Below, one piece after another: positions 1 to 7,476 of a DNA stretch of 32,000 nucleotides. The stretch lies in the NCBI RefSeq assembly GCF_001598795.1, contig NZ_BCZP01000020.1, forward strand, positions 72,879 to 104,878. Reading direction: 5' to 3'. The notes under the pieces were generated by a model. The model saw nothing but the letters and a program-made list of their open reading frames with translations. It was not told the DNA's origin and did no database searches. Position 1 is the stretch's first letter, and every line of letters starts with the position of its first letter. Position numbers and translations under genes: made by a program. The DNA is from Delftia acidovorans NBRC 14950. GTDB taxonomy: Bacteria > Pseudomonadota > Gammaproteobacteria > Burkholderiales > Burkholderiaceae_C.

Positions 1-1369
1 CACCTTCGTGAAATTCCACTGGCGGCCTGAGCTGGGCATCCAGTCCACGGTCTGGGACGAGGCCCTCAAGCTGCAGGCCGCAGACAACGACTACCACCGC
101 CGCGACCTGTTCGAGGCCATCGAGGCGGGCGACTACCCGGCCTGGGAGCTGTGCGTGCAGCTGTTCTCGCAGGAGCAGGCAGACGCCCTGCCCTACGACC
201 ACCTGGACCCCACCAAGCTCATCCCCGAAGAGGAAATTCCGCTGCGCAAGATCGGCCGCTTCGTGCTGGACCGCTGGCCCGACAACTTCTTCGCCGAGAC
301 CGAGCAGGTGGCCTTCTGCCCGGCCAATATCCCGCCCGGCATCGATTTCAGCAACGACCCGCTGCTGCAGGGCCGCCTGTTCTCGTACCTGGACACCCAG
401 CTGTCGCGCCTGGGCGGGCCCAACTTCACGCAGCTGCCCATCAACGCGCCCAAATGCCCGTTCGCCCACCACCAGCGCGACGGCCACATGCAGACCGAGG
501 TGCCCAAGGGCCGCGTGGCCTATGAGCCCTCCAGCCTGCAGGCCGACAGCCCGCGCGCCTCGGCAGCCCGCGGCTTGCGGCACTTTGCGCAGCCCGCGCA
601 GGAGGGCGCCAAGGGCCGCATCCGCCCAGAGAGCTTTGCCGACCACTACAGCCAGGCGCGCATGTTCTACCAAAGCCAGAGCGCGCAGGAGCAGGCCCAC
701 ATCGCCAGCGCCCTGGTGTTCGAGCTGTCCAAGGTACAGACGCCGCATGTGCGCTTGGCCGTGGTCGGCCACCTGCAGGTGATAGACGCCGACCTGGCAC
801 AGCGCGTGGCCGACGGCCTGGGCCTGCCCCAGTTGCCGCCTGCCGCCAAGCCTGCCGTGCCCCCGCAAAAGCTGCCGCCCAGCCCGGCCACGCGCATCAT
901 CGACCGCATGAAGCCCACCTTGCAGAGCCGCTGCGTTGCCATCCTGGTGGACGAAGGCTCCAGCGCCAGGCACGTTGCCGCCTTCCACAAGGCGCTGGTG
1001 GCGCAAAAGGCCAGCGTGAAGATCATTGCGCCCAAGATCGGCGGCGCCACGCTGGACGACGGCAGCCACCTGCCCGCCGACGGCCAGCTGGCCGGATCGC
1101 CATCCGCGCAGTTCGATGCCGTGGTGTCCATCATCACGCTGGAGCGCGGCCAGGCGCTGGCCCGTGAGGCAGCCGCGCAGGACTGGTTCCGCGACGCCTT
1201 CGGCCACCTCAAGGCCATTGCCGCCTGCAAGGCCACGCAGCACATCATGAAGACGGCCGGCATCACACCGGACGAGGGCGTGTTCCCCATCGACAAGCCC
1301 GAACCCTTCATCGAAGGCGCCAAGAAGCGCTTCTGGGCCCGCGAAGCGAAGTTGAGAACGCTGGCCTGA
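1..1369 (+). CDS. katE: Catalase HPII (large-subunit, KatE-type), 5'-truncated by the window edge
   Basis: The ORF frame of 8..1369 is open to the window edge. The translation ([100 protein letters not shown]) is colinear with the E. coli KatE core as I remember it. The roughly 150-aa C-terminal extension is typical of large-subunit catalases. Confidence 0.95.
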   Translation, partial: TFVKFHWRPELGIQSTVWDEALKLQAADNDYHRRDLFEAIEAGDYPAWELCVQLFSQEQADALPYDHLDPTKLIPEEEIPLRKIGRFVLDRWPDNFFAETEQVAFCPANIPPGIDFSNDPLLQGRLFSYLDTQLSRLGGPNFTQLPINAPKCPFAHHQRDGHMQTEVPKGRVAYEPSSLQADSPRASAARGLRHFAQPAQEGAKGRIRPESFADHYSQARMFYQSQSAQEQAHIASALVFELSKVQTPHVRLAVVGHLQVIDADLAQRVADGLGLPQLPPAAKPAVPPQKLPPSPATRIIDRMKPTLQSRCVAILVDEGSSARHVAAFHKALVAQKASVKIIAPKIGGATLDDGSHLPADGQLAGSPSAQFDAVVSIITLERGQALAREAAAQDWFRDAFGHLKAIAACKATQHIMKTAGITPDEGVFPIDKPEPFIEGAKKRFWAREAKLRTLA

Positions 1370-1462
1370 CCCCCCGCCCCGGCGTGCGCCACATCATTGC
1401 CACCAGATGGCACCGCGCCGGACTTCAACCAACCTTGTACCCGGGCCATTTACCTCGGGTCC

Positions 1463-1478
1463 AGGCATGGCGCTTGCC
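1463..1478 (+). promoter_or_regulatory. Candidate sigma-54 (-24/-12) promoter P1
   Basis: AGGCATGGCGCTTGCC has GG at 1464-1465, GC at 1476-1477 and exactly 10 nt between them, matching TGGCACG-N4-TTGCW. It is intergenic, and its GC lies 53 nt upstream of ATG 1531. It shares the extended -12 block GCTTGCCAC with P2. Confidence 0.5.
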
Positions 1479-1530
1479 ACGGCAACACCAAGGCCGGCCC
1501 GGCCTGCCACCCCTACAGGAGCAACTTCCC

Positions 1531-1719
1531 ATGATCACTTCGGTACCTGCACCCCCTGTCACCCCGCCTGTCACCCCGCCTGTTGCGCCCCCGGTCAACC
1601 CGCCCCCCACCGAGCCGCTGGTTCCCCCCGTGGGCGACCCGCCACCGGCCCCGGCACCTTCGCCCTACTCCGACCCGCCCATTGCCCCGCCGCCACCGCC
1701 GCCGCAGGGGGTGCACTGA
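1531..1719 (+). CDS. Small (62 aa) proline-rich protein ending PPPPPPQGVH
   Basis: ATG 1531 is preceded by AGGAG (1517-1521, 9-nt spacer). The sequence is MITSVPAPPVTPPVTPPVAPPVNPPPTEPLVPPVGDPPPAPAPSPYSDPPIAPPPPPPQGVH. Third-position G+C is high. Tandem 12-nt units at 1555-1602 encode PVTP/PVTP/PVAP/PVNP. It has no recognised family and could be a chance ORF in GC-rich DNA. Confidence 0.45.
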   Translation: MITSVPAPPVTPPVTPPVAPPVNPPPTEPLVPPVGDPPPAPAPSPYSDPPIAPPPPPPQGVH

Positions 1720-1781
1720 GCTCCGCGCCAGCCAGGGGCAGGGCAGCGAACGCAGACGGCCCCGGCCCTGCCCTGACCTAT

Positions 1782-2852
1782 GTGAACGACCGCATGCCCG
1801 GCTGGCGCCGCGTGCGGCACGGCAAGGGCTTTTCCTACGTGGCGCAGGACGGCAAGCCCGTGCGCGATGCCCAGGCGCTGGCGCGCATCCGCAAACTGGC
1901 CATTCCACCGGCCTATGTGGATGTCTGGATCTGCCCCGATCCCCAGGGCCACCTGCAGGCCACGGGCCGCGATGCCCGGGGCCGCAAGCAGTACCGCTAC
2001 CACCCGCAGTGGCAGGAACAGCGCAAGCAGGTCAAGTTCGACCGCATGCACGCCTTTGGCCTCCACCTGCCCGCCATCCGTCGGGCGGTGGCGCGCGACC
2101 TCAAGCCTGGCCGGCCGCAGCTGGACACCGTGGTGGCCGCCATCGTCTGGCTGCTGGACTGCACGGCCCTGCGCATAGGCAATGACGAGTATTCCGAGAG
2201 CAATGGCTCCTACGGCCTCACCACGCTCAGAAACCGCCATGCCCAGGTGCACGCGGGTGAGCTGACGCTGAGCTTCAAGGGCAAGAGCGGCGTGCTGCAG
2301 CAGGCCCGCGTGTCCGACCGGGCCGTGGCCCGCATCGTCAAGCGCTGCCAGGAGCTGCCGGGCCAGCGGCTGTTCCAGTTCATCGACGATGAAGGCGAAG
2401 TCCACCATGTGCGATCCGAGCACGTGAACGACTACATCCGCAGGATATGCGGCAAGGCTGCGGCCCATGGGGCTGATACCGCAGATGTCGGAGATGCCGC
2501 AGACAGCCCGGATTTCAGTGCCAAGGATTTCCGCACCTGGCATGCCAGCGTGTACGCGCTGGAACTGGCGCTGACCGCAGGCAAGGCAGCGCCGCAAGAA
2601 GGCGCAGGCACCAGTGCGGCGGCGTTGAACGCTCTGGTCACGCAGGTCGCCCGGCGCCTGGGCAATACCTGTGCGGTTTGCCGCAAGTTCTACATCCATC
2701 CCCAGGTGCTGGCCCTGTGCGAGCAACCTGGGCAGGACATTCCCACCGCACCGGACAGGCGCCCGCGCGGACTGAGCGCCAAGGAATGCCTGTTCCTGGG
2801 GCTGCTGCAGCCCCGCAGCGGCCGGCGCGCCAGTCGCCAGCCGCCTCCCTGA
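1782..2852 (+). CDS. DNA topoisomerase IB (bacterial/poxvirus-like type IB); start codon uncertain
   Basis: LTYVNDRMPGWRRVRHGKGFSYV..IPPAYVDVWICPDPQGHLQATGRDARGRKQYRYHP..LRIGNDEYSESNGSYGLTTLRNRH..FRTWHASV..CRKFYIHP (active-site Tyr context) is the bacterial TopIB signature. The frame is open from 1407. Homology starts at codon 1773, but the first conventional starts are GTG 1782 and ATG 1794, both inside the conserved block and without an SD (see finding). Confidence 0.85.
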   Translation: MNDRMPGWRRVRHGKGFSYVAQDGKPVRDAQALARIRKLAIPPAYVDVWICPDPQGHLQATGRDARGRKQYRYHPQWQEQRKQVKFDRMHAFGLHLPAIRRAVARDLKPGRPQLDTVVAAIVWLLDCTALRIGNDEYSESNGSYGLTTLRNRHAQVHAGELTLSFKGKSGVLQQARVSDRAVARIVKRCQELPGQRLFQFIDDEGEVHHVRSEHVNDYIRRICGKAAAHGADTADVGDAADSPDFSAKDFRTWHASVYALELALTAGKAAPQEGAGTSAAALNALVTQVARRLGNTCAVCRKFYIHPQVLALCEQPGQDIPTAPDRRPRGLSAKECLFLGLLQPRSGRRASRQPPP

Positions 2853-2984
2853 TCCCGCCTCCCGCACGCCCGGCAAACACTGTGCCTGTGGACTGACAAA
2901 GACGCCCGCATGCTCGCCCTTAAACTGGCCGATCATGAAATTTTGTCAAAACGCGTTGCGGCGAGGACCCCTGGAGGCCATGCA

Positions 2985-4616
2985 ATGAACCACGTGCTGA
3001 TCGTCGATGACGATGCGGATTCCGCAGCGACCATGCGCGAACTCGTGGGCGTGGACCGCTTCTCGGTCGCCGTGGCCCACACCCTGCGCGACGCGCGCCG
3101 GCAGATGGCCATGCAGCCGCCCAGCCTGGTGCTGCTGGACCTGCAACTGCCCGATGGCAACGGCATGGACCTTTTCGGCGACCAGCAGGTGCCGCAGGAC
3201 TCGCAGATCGTGCTGGTGACCGGCCACGCCAGCCTGGACTCCTCCATCGAGGCCCTGCGCCGCGGCGCCATGGACTACCTGGTCAAGCCCGTGGGCATCG
3301 GGCGGCTGGAGGACATTCTTTCGCGCTTTCTGATCCCCACGGCTGGCCTGCCGGAGACGGGCACCAGCACCGTCGCGGGCGCGGCCTTCGACCAGATCAC
3401 CCCGCAAGACAGGCCCGGCGCCGGCTACTGCGCGCAGGAAGGGCGCTTTGGCCGGCTGTGGGGCGGCTCGCCCCCCATGCAGCGGCTGTACCAGCAGATG
3501 GAGCGCGTGGCGGGTACCTCGGTCACGGTCTTTCTGACGGGCGAAAGCGGCACCGGCAAGGAAGTCGTGGCACAGACCCTGCATGAGCTGAGCCAGCGGC
3601 GCAGCCGGCCCTTCCTGGCGGTCAACTGCGGTGCCATTTCTCCGCACCTGATCGAAAGCGAGATCTTTGGCCATGAAAAGGGAAGCTTCACCGGCGCCGA
3701 CCGCCAGCACCAGGGCTTTTTCGAGCGCGCGGCCACGGGCACGCTGTTTCTGGACGAAATCACGGAAATGTCGATGGAGCTGCAGGTCAAGCTGCTGCGC
3801 GTGCTGGAGACCGGGCGCTTCATGCGCGTGGGCTCCACACAGACGCTGCAGACCGATGTGCGCGTGATCGCCGCCACCAACCGCTGCCCCTACGAGGCCG
3901 TGGCCAGCGGCAAGCTGCGCGAAGACCTGCTGTACCGCCTGAACGTCTTCCCCATCGAGCTGCCGCCGCTGCGCGAGCGCCTGACCGACGTTCCGCTGCT
4001 TGCGCAGCATTTCATGGAGGCCATCTCCCAGCGCGAGGGCCAGGCCAAGCAATTCACGGCATCGGCCCTCAAGCAGCTTGCGCAATACAGCTGGCCCGGC
4101 AATGTGCGCGAGTTGCGCAATGCCGTGCAGCGCGCCTATGTGATGGAGCCCGGCCCGCTGGTGGGCCAGGAATGGCTGCCCCGGCCGCCCGTGGCCATTG
4201 CCCAGCAGCCGGCCCCGGTGCATCCGGCCGCCCACGCCCTGCACCTGCCCCAAGTGCCGGAAATGCCGCAAATGCCACATATGCCGCAGGCGGGGTCCAT
4301 GCCAATGAGCGCGCCATTGACCACGCCATTGACTGCGCCCACCTCCCCCACCATCACAGCGCATGCGCCCGCCGACCACGCCCCTGCAGCCGCCACCTAC
4401 GACCTGCCCGACACGGAGCCGGCCACCATACAGCTGCCCATCGGCATGACCATGGCGCAGGCCGAGCGGTTGCTCATCCAGGCCACGCTCAAGCAGTGCA
4501 AGTACCAGAAGGAACGCACGGCGGCCGTGCTCGGCATCAGCCTCAAGACCCTGTACAACCGGCTCAGGGACTATGGGGGGGGCAAAAAGGGCGAAACGGA
4601 CGCCGAGCCCGGCTGA
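2985..4616 (+). CDS. Sigma-54-dependent transcriptional activator (NtrC-family response regulator: REC + AAA+ + Fis-type HTH)
   Basis: ATG 2985 follows GGAGG (2973-2977). The receiver domain is MNHVLIVDDD..LVLLDLQLPDGNG..LVTGH..YLVKP. The AAA+ domain has Walker A GESGTGKE, the GAFTGA-type loop as GSFTGA, and Walker B LFLDEI. The C-terminal HTH is RTAAVLGISLKTLYNRL. Confidence 0.93.
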   Translation: MNHVLIVDDDADSAATMRELVGVDRFSVAVAHTLRDARRQMAMQPPSLVLLDLQLPDGNGMDLFGDQQVPQDSQIVLVTGHASLDSSIEALRRGAMDYLVKPVGIGRLEDILSRFLIPTAGLPETGTSTVAGAAFDQITPQDRPGAGYCAQEGRFGRLWGGSPPMQRLYQQMERVAGTSVTVFLTGESGTGKEVVAQTLHELSQRRSRPFLAVNCGAISPHLIESEIFGHEKGSFTGADRQHQGFFERAATGTLFLDEITEMSMELQVKLLRVLETGRFMRVGSTQTLQTDVRVIAATNRCPYEAVASGKLREDLLYRLNVFPIELPPLRERLTDVPLLAQHFMEAISQREGQAKQFTASALKQLAQYSWPGNVRELRNAVQRAYVMEPGPLVGQEWLPRPPVAIAQQPAPVHPAAHALHLPQVPEMPQMPHMPQAGSMPMSAPLTTPLTAPTSPTITAHAPADHAPAAATYDLPDTEPATIQLPIGMTMAQAERLLIQATLKQCKYQKERTAAVLGISLKTLYNRLRDYGGGKKGETDAEPG

Positions 4617-4627
4617 CACCCGCCTGC

Positions 4628-4643
4628 AGGCACGCTGCTTGCC
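4628..4643 (+). promoter_or_regulatory. Candidate sigma-54 (-24/-12) promoter P2
   Basis: AGGCACGCTGCTTGCC has GG at 4629-4630 and GC at 4641-4642 with N10 spacing. It starts 12 nt after the EBP stop, and its GC lies 38 nt upstream of ATG 4681. Confidence 0.65.
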
Positions 4644-4680
4644 ACCTTGCTTGCACCTTCGTGCAACCAAGGACAAGCCC

Positions 4681-5208
4681 ATGGACTCCTCTCCTCCCCG
4701 CGCCTACGGTGTCTTCAAGCCCGTGGGCCACATGGTGGTCTCGTTTCCCACAGCTGCGCAGGCCGATGACGGCGTGGCCGCGCTGCAGGCGCTGGACCTG
4801 CCCGCCCAGGACATCCAGCGCTATACCGACCGGGAAATGCTGGCCCAGATCGATGAAGACCTGCGCCAGGCCAGCCCCGTTGCCGCCGTGGGCCAGGAGC
4901 TCAACCTGGTCAAGGCCCACCAGGCCCTGGCCGAACGCGGCTACCACTGGCTGGTGGTGCGCGTGGACAACGACGAGGCCGCACGCATGGCCGCCGATGC
5001 CCTGAAGGCCGCCGGCGCCGAGCGCGCCCAACTGTATGGCCGCTTCATCATCGAGGAATTGATAGAGCACGCCGCCGACCTGCCCCAGGTCAGCGAGTCG
5101 CCCGACCGGGGCCTGGATGCCCAGACGCCTTCGGGCCATGAGGCGGAGCGTGCAGAGATTCGCCCTGCCTCGGACCAGGACACCGCCCCTGACAAGCCGA
5201 GGCTCTGA
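4681..5208 (+). CDS. Hypothetical soluble protein (175 aa), predicted sigma-54-dependent
   Basis: ATG 4681 is preceded by AAGGA. Third-position G+C is high throughout. The translation starts MDSSPPRAYGVFKPVGHMVVSFPTAAQADDGVAALQALDL. There is no TM segment and I do not recognise a family. Confidence 0.7.
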   Translation: MDSSPPRAYGVFKPVGHMVVSFPTAAQADDGVAALQALDLPAQDIQRYTDREMLAQIDEDLRQASPVAAVGQELNLVKAHQALAERGYHWLVVRVDNDEAARMAADALKAAGAERAQLYGRFIIEELIEHAADLPQVSESPDRGLDAQTPSGHEAERAEIRPASDQDTAPDKPRL

Positions 5209-5224
5209 ACGGCCTGCAGGAGCC

Positions 5225-5240
5225 GGGCACGCCGATTGCC
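5225..5240 (+). promoter_or_regulatory. Candidate sigma-54 (-24/-12) promoter P3
   Basis: GGGCACGCCGATTGCC has GG at 5226-5227 and GC at 5238-5239 with N10 spacing. It is intergenic, and its GC lies 40 nt upstream of ATG 5280. Confidence 0.65.
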
Positions 5241-5276
5241 CTTGACCACCAACCGTAACTTTTTCTCAAGGGCAAT
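5235..5276 (+). other. Leader stem-loop: 11-nt perfect inverted repeat ATTGCCCTTGA / TCAAGGGCAAT with a 20-nt loop
   Basis: The arms are 5235-5245 and 5266-5276. The left arm overlaps the -12 element of P3. The right arm covers the purine-rich AAGGG just upstream of ATG 5280. Confidence 0.4.
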
Positions 5277-5279
5277 GCC

Positions 5280-5558
5280 ATGGACTTCCTCATCTGGCTG
5301 ATGGTGGGTGGCCTGATCGGCTGGATTACCAGCATGGTCACGAACACCCAGGCCGAGCAGGGCATTTTGCTCAACGTGGTCATAGGCGCCATTGGCGCAC
5401 TGCTGGGCGGCTGGCTGCTGGCGCCGATGCTGGGGCCTTCGGCCATGAATGCGCAGACGGAGGCGCCGGCCACCTCCATGTCCATCTTCGTCTCTCTGGC
5501 CTGCGCCGTTGCGCTGCTGGCCATCTTCAACCTGTGCAAGCGGAGCGTGCCGCGCTGA
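5280..5558 (+). CDS. GlsB/YeaQ/YmgE family (transglycosylase-associated) stress-response membrane protein
   Basis: The 92-aa product is MDFLIWLMVGGLIGWITSMV..GILLNVVIGAIGALLGGWLL. This is the typical Gly-rich three-TM pattern of the family. Confidence 0.85.
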   Translation: MDFLIWLMVGGLIGWITSMVTNTQAEQGILLNVVIGAIGALLGGWLLAPMLGPSAMNAQTEAPATSMSIFVSLACAVALLAIFNLCKRSVPR

Positions 5559-5576
5559 AAGCGGCCAGGCAGCCTG

Positions 5577-7148
5577 TCAGTCCAGCCTTTGCGCCAGGCA
5601 GTCCTGCGCCGCCATGGCCACGCGCGGCAGCACCAGTGAGACCGCCAGGCAGCGGCCATGCTCACCCTCGGCCCGCACCACGCCACCGCGCTCCAGGCAC
5701 AGGCGGCGCGCCAGGCTCAGGCCGCAGGTGGCGTCCGCATCGGCATCGTTCAATGGAGTGAAGACAGGCGGCGGGTCCTGCCTTTCCACACTTTCCAGCC
5801 GTGGCGCGCCCGCCTCGCCAGTACCGGAGCCGGTGCTGGCGGCGCCCGCCCCGTGGGCCAGGGCCTCGATGCGGATCTCCACCAGCGCATTCCCGCGAGA
5901 AGCTGCGGCCTGGTCCTCGGGCAGGGGCCGGGCGGCCATGTGCACCTGCGCGCCATCGGTCATCGCTTCGCGGATGGCAAGAAAAATACTGATCAGCGCC
6001 AGCTCCAGCTCATCCGGGTCCACATGCACGCCCAATCGCGGCGCCGGCTGGCCGGGCTGACTGGCCTCGGCAGGCTCCGCCACCTCCATCGCCATGCGCT
6101 TGCCCAGCACCACGGCCAGCGTGCCCTGCAGGCCGGGCAGCCAGCGGTACAGGTCCACCACCAGCGCATGCGTGCAATGGCGCGCCCCAAAACGCAGCAG
6201 TTGCTGCGTGAGGCGGCTGGCCGTGTCCACCGAGCGCAGCATGGCCTGGGCGGGCAGGCGCAGGCCCGGGTCCTCGGAGCGCCGCTCTATCAGATAGGCG
6301 CTGTTGCTCAGAATGCCCAGCTGGTTGTTGAACTCATGGGAAAACCGGCCTGCCAGCCGCCCCACCACCTGCAGGCGTTCGCTCTGGAGACGGGCAGCGG
6401 CCTCTTCGAGGCCGGCAGCGTCCACCGCAGCGCCATCGGGCCGGCCGGCATCACCGCCGCCCTGGCCCTGGCCATGGTCTTGCGCATTGCCGCCCATTGC
6501 CGGCAACACCAGGGCCGCGCTGCCCCGCAGCGCCAGCCGCGCCAATCCCAGGCCCGCCACCGCAAACAAAACGATGGCCACCCAGATCACCCCCTTCAGG
6601 GGCCGGGAGCATGCGGGGTCCAGCGCAGAACAGGGGACCCAGCTCACCCAGGTCCAGCCCTGGGCGGACTTGCTGAAGAAGGCCCGCAGCGGCCCGCCCT
6701 GCGCATCTGGCAGATCCAGCCAGCCCTGCGAAGCGTCCTGCCCTGCGCCCTGCCCTGCGCTTTGCTCTGCGCCTTGCCCCGCACTTTTCACGCCGGGCGC
6801 AGCCTGCGCCAGGCTGGCCGCCAGCCGTTCGCTGAAATCGGCGGGCAAGGCAGGCAGGTCGGCTGCCGCGCCGGGCCCGGCCGGCAGGGCGCGGCCTGTG
6901 CTGTCCACCAGAAAGCCGGGCCAGCCGGAGTCCAGCAAGGGCCGCAAGGCCGCCAGCACCTGGTCGGCGCCGGCCGTGCGCGGCTCCTTGTCCAGCAAAT
7001 GGGCCACGGCCATGCTGCTGACGCGCGCGGCCTGCTCCTGCGCCGCATGCTCGGATTGGTAGGCGCGCAACAGCAGCCAGGACGAGGCCGCCAGTACAAA
7101 GACCAGCAAGGCCAGCAGCAGCAGGACCAACCTCAGGCGTATGGACAT
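5577..7148 (-). CDS. Membrane sensor histidine kinase with an intact H-box but degenerate N/G1 ATP-binding boxes
   Basis: The start is at 7148 (MSIRLRLVLLLLALLVFVLAASSW, TM1). The longer 820-aa ORF extension is antisense to rpoN and was rejected. A second TM is KGVIWVAIVLFAVAGLGLA. The H-box is FSHEFNNQLG. The catalytic region reads ALISIFLAIREAM where NtrB-like kinases have LLNLxxNARDAM. It also reads EALAHGAGA in place of DxGxG. Confidence 0.8.
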   Translation of the reverse strand: MSIRLRLVLLLLALLVFVLAASSWLLLRAYQSEHAAQEQAARVSSMAVAHLLDKEPRTAGADQVLAALRPLLDSGWPGFLVDSTGRALPAGPGAAADLPALPADFSERLAASLAQAAPGVKSAGQGAEQSAGQGAGQDASQGWLDLPDAQGGPLRAFFSKSAQGWTWVSWVPCSALDPACSRPLKGVIWVAIVLFAVAGLGLARLALRGSAALVLPAMGGNAQDHGQGQGGGDAGRPDGAAVDAAGLEEAAARLQSERLQVVGRLAGRFSHEFNNQLGILSNSAYLIERRSEDPGLRLPAQAMLRSVDTASRLTQQLLRFGARHCTHALVVDLYRWLPGLQGTLAVVLGKRMAMEVAEPAEASQPGQPAPRLGVHVDPDELELALISIFLAIREAMTDGAQVHMAARPLPEDQAAASRGNALVEIRIEALAHGAGAASTGSGTGEAGAPRLESVERQDPPPVFTPLNDADADATCGLSLARRLCLERGGVVRAEGEHGRCLAVSLVLPRVAMAAQDCLAQRLD

Positions 7149-7476
7149 GGGATCTTCGGGTAGGGCATCACGCGGCGCCTCCCGTGGAACGGAATTTTGG
7201 GCCCCCGGGGGCGGGACCGTGTGGAAGCTGGTGGACTGGTACATGGCAAAGTTTGCAGAAAACCTTGCGCCCAAACGGCAATTTCTGCCGTGGACGCCAT
7301 GACCGGCCCCGCTGTTCCAGAACCGATCCCCCGCAGCGGCGGCAAAACCCTGGGCCCCGTGCCGCCTGCGCAGGGAGACCACAGCAGGTTTCGTGCCCAA
7401 AGTGTATCCAGACGATTCGCCGCCCGCATGGCGGCATGGAGCTTGCGTCTTCGGGTCATCGCACCAAGGAGATGAA

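Noticed and set aside
1407-1781. Long N-terminal extension of the TopIB frame (MAPRRTSTNL.. / MALATATPRP.., Cys/His/Pro-rich).
   Set aside because: It has no similarity to TopIB, and ATG 1407 lies upstream of the candidate promoter P1 while ATG 1467 falls within its -24 element. It also overlaps the better-supported SD-preceded Pro-rich ORF. I have not fully excluded it; see the finding on the TopIB start.
6738-6784. Short tandem repeats inside coding regions: 12-nt units at 6738-6784, 9-nt units at 11539-11570 and at 4254-4289, 12-nt units at 1555-1602.
   Set aside because: They are too short, too few and in-frame within ORFs, where they encode low-complexity linkers. They are not CRISPR, REP or mobile-element repeats. 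They are noted only as possible length-variable tracts.
7244-7257. TGGCAaagtTTGCA, a sigma-54-like element in the rpoN/kinase divergent region.
   Set aside because: GG and GC are separated by 8 nt instead of the obligatory 10. It is also part of a small GCAAA-g-TTTGC palindrome.
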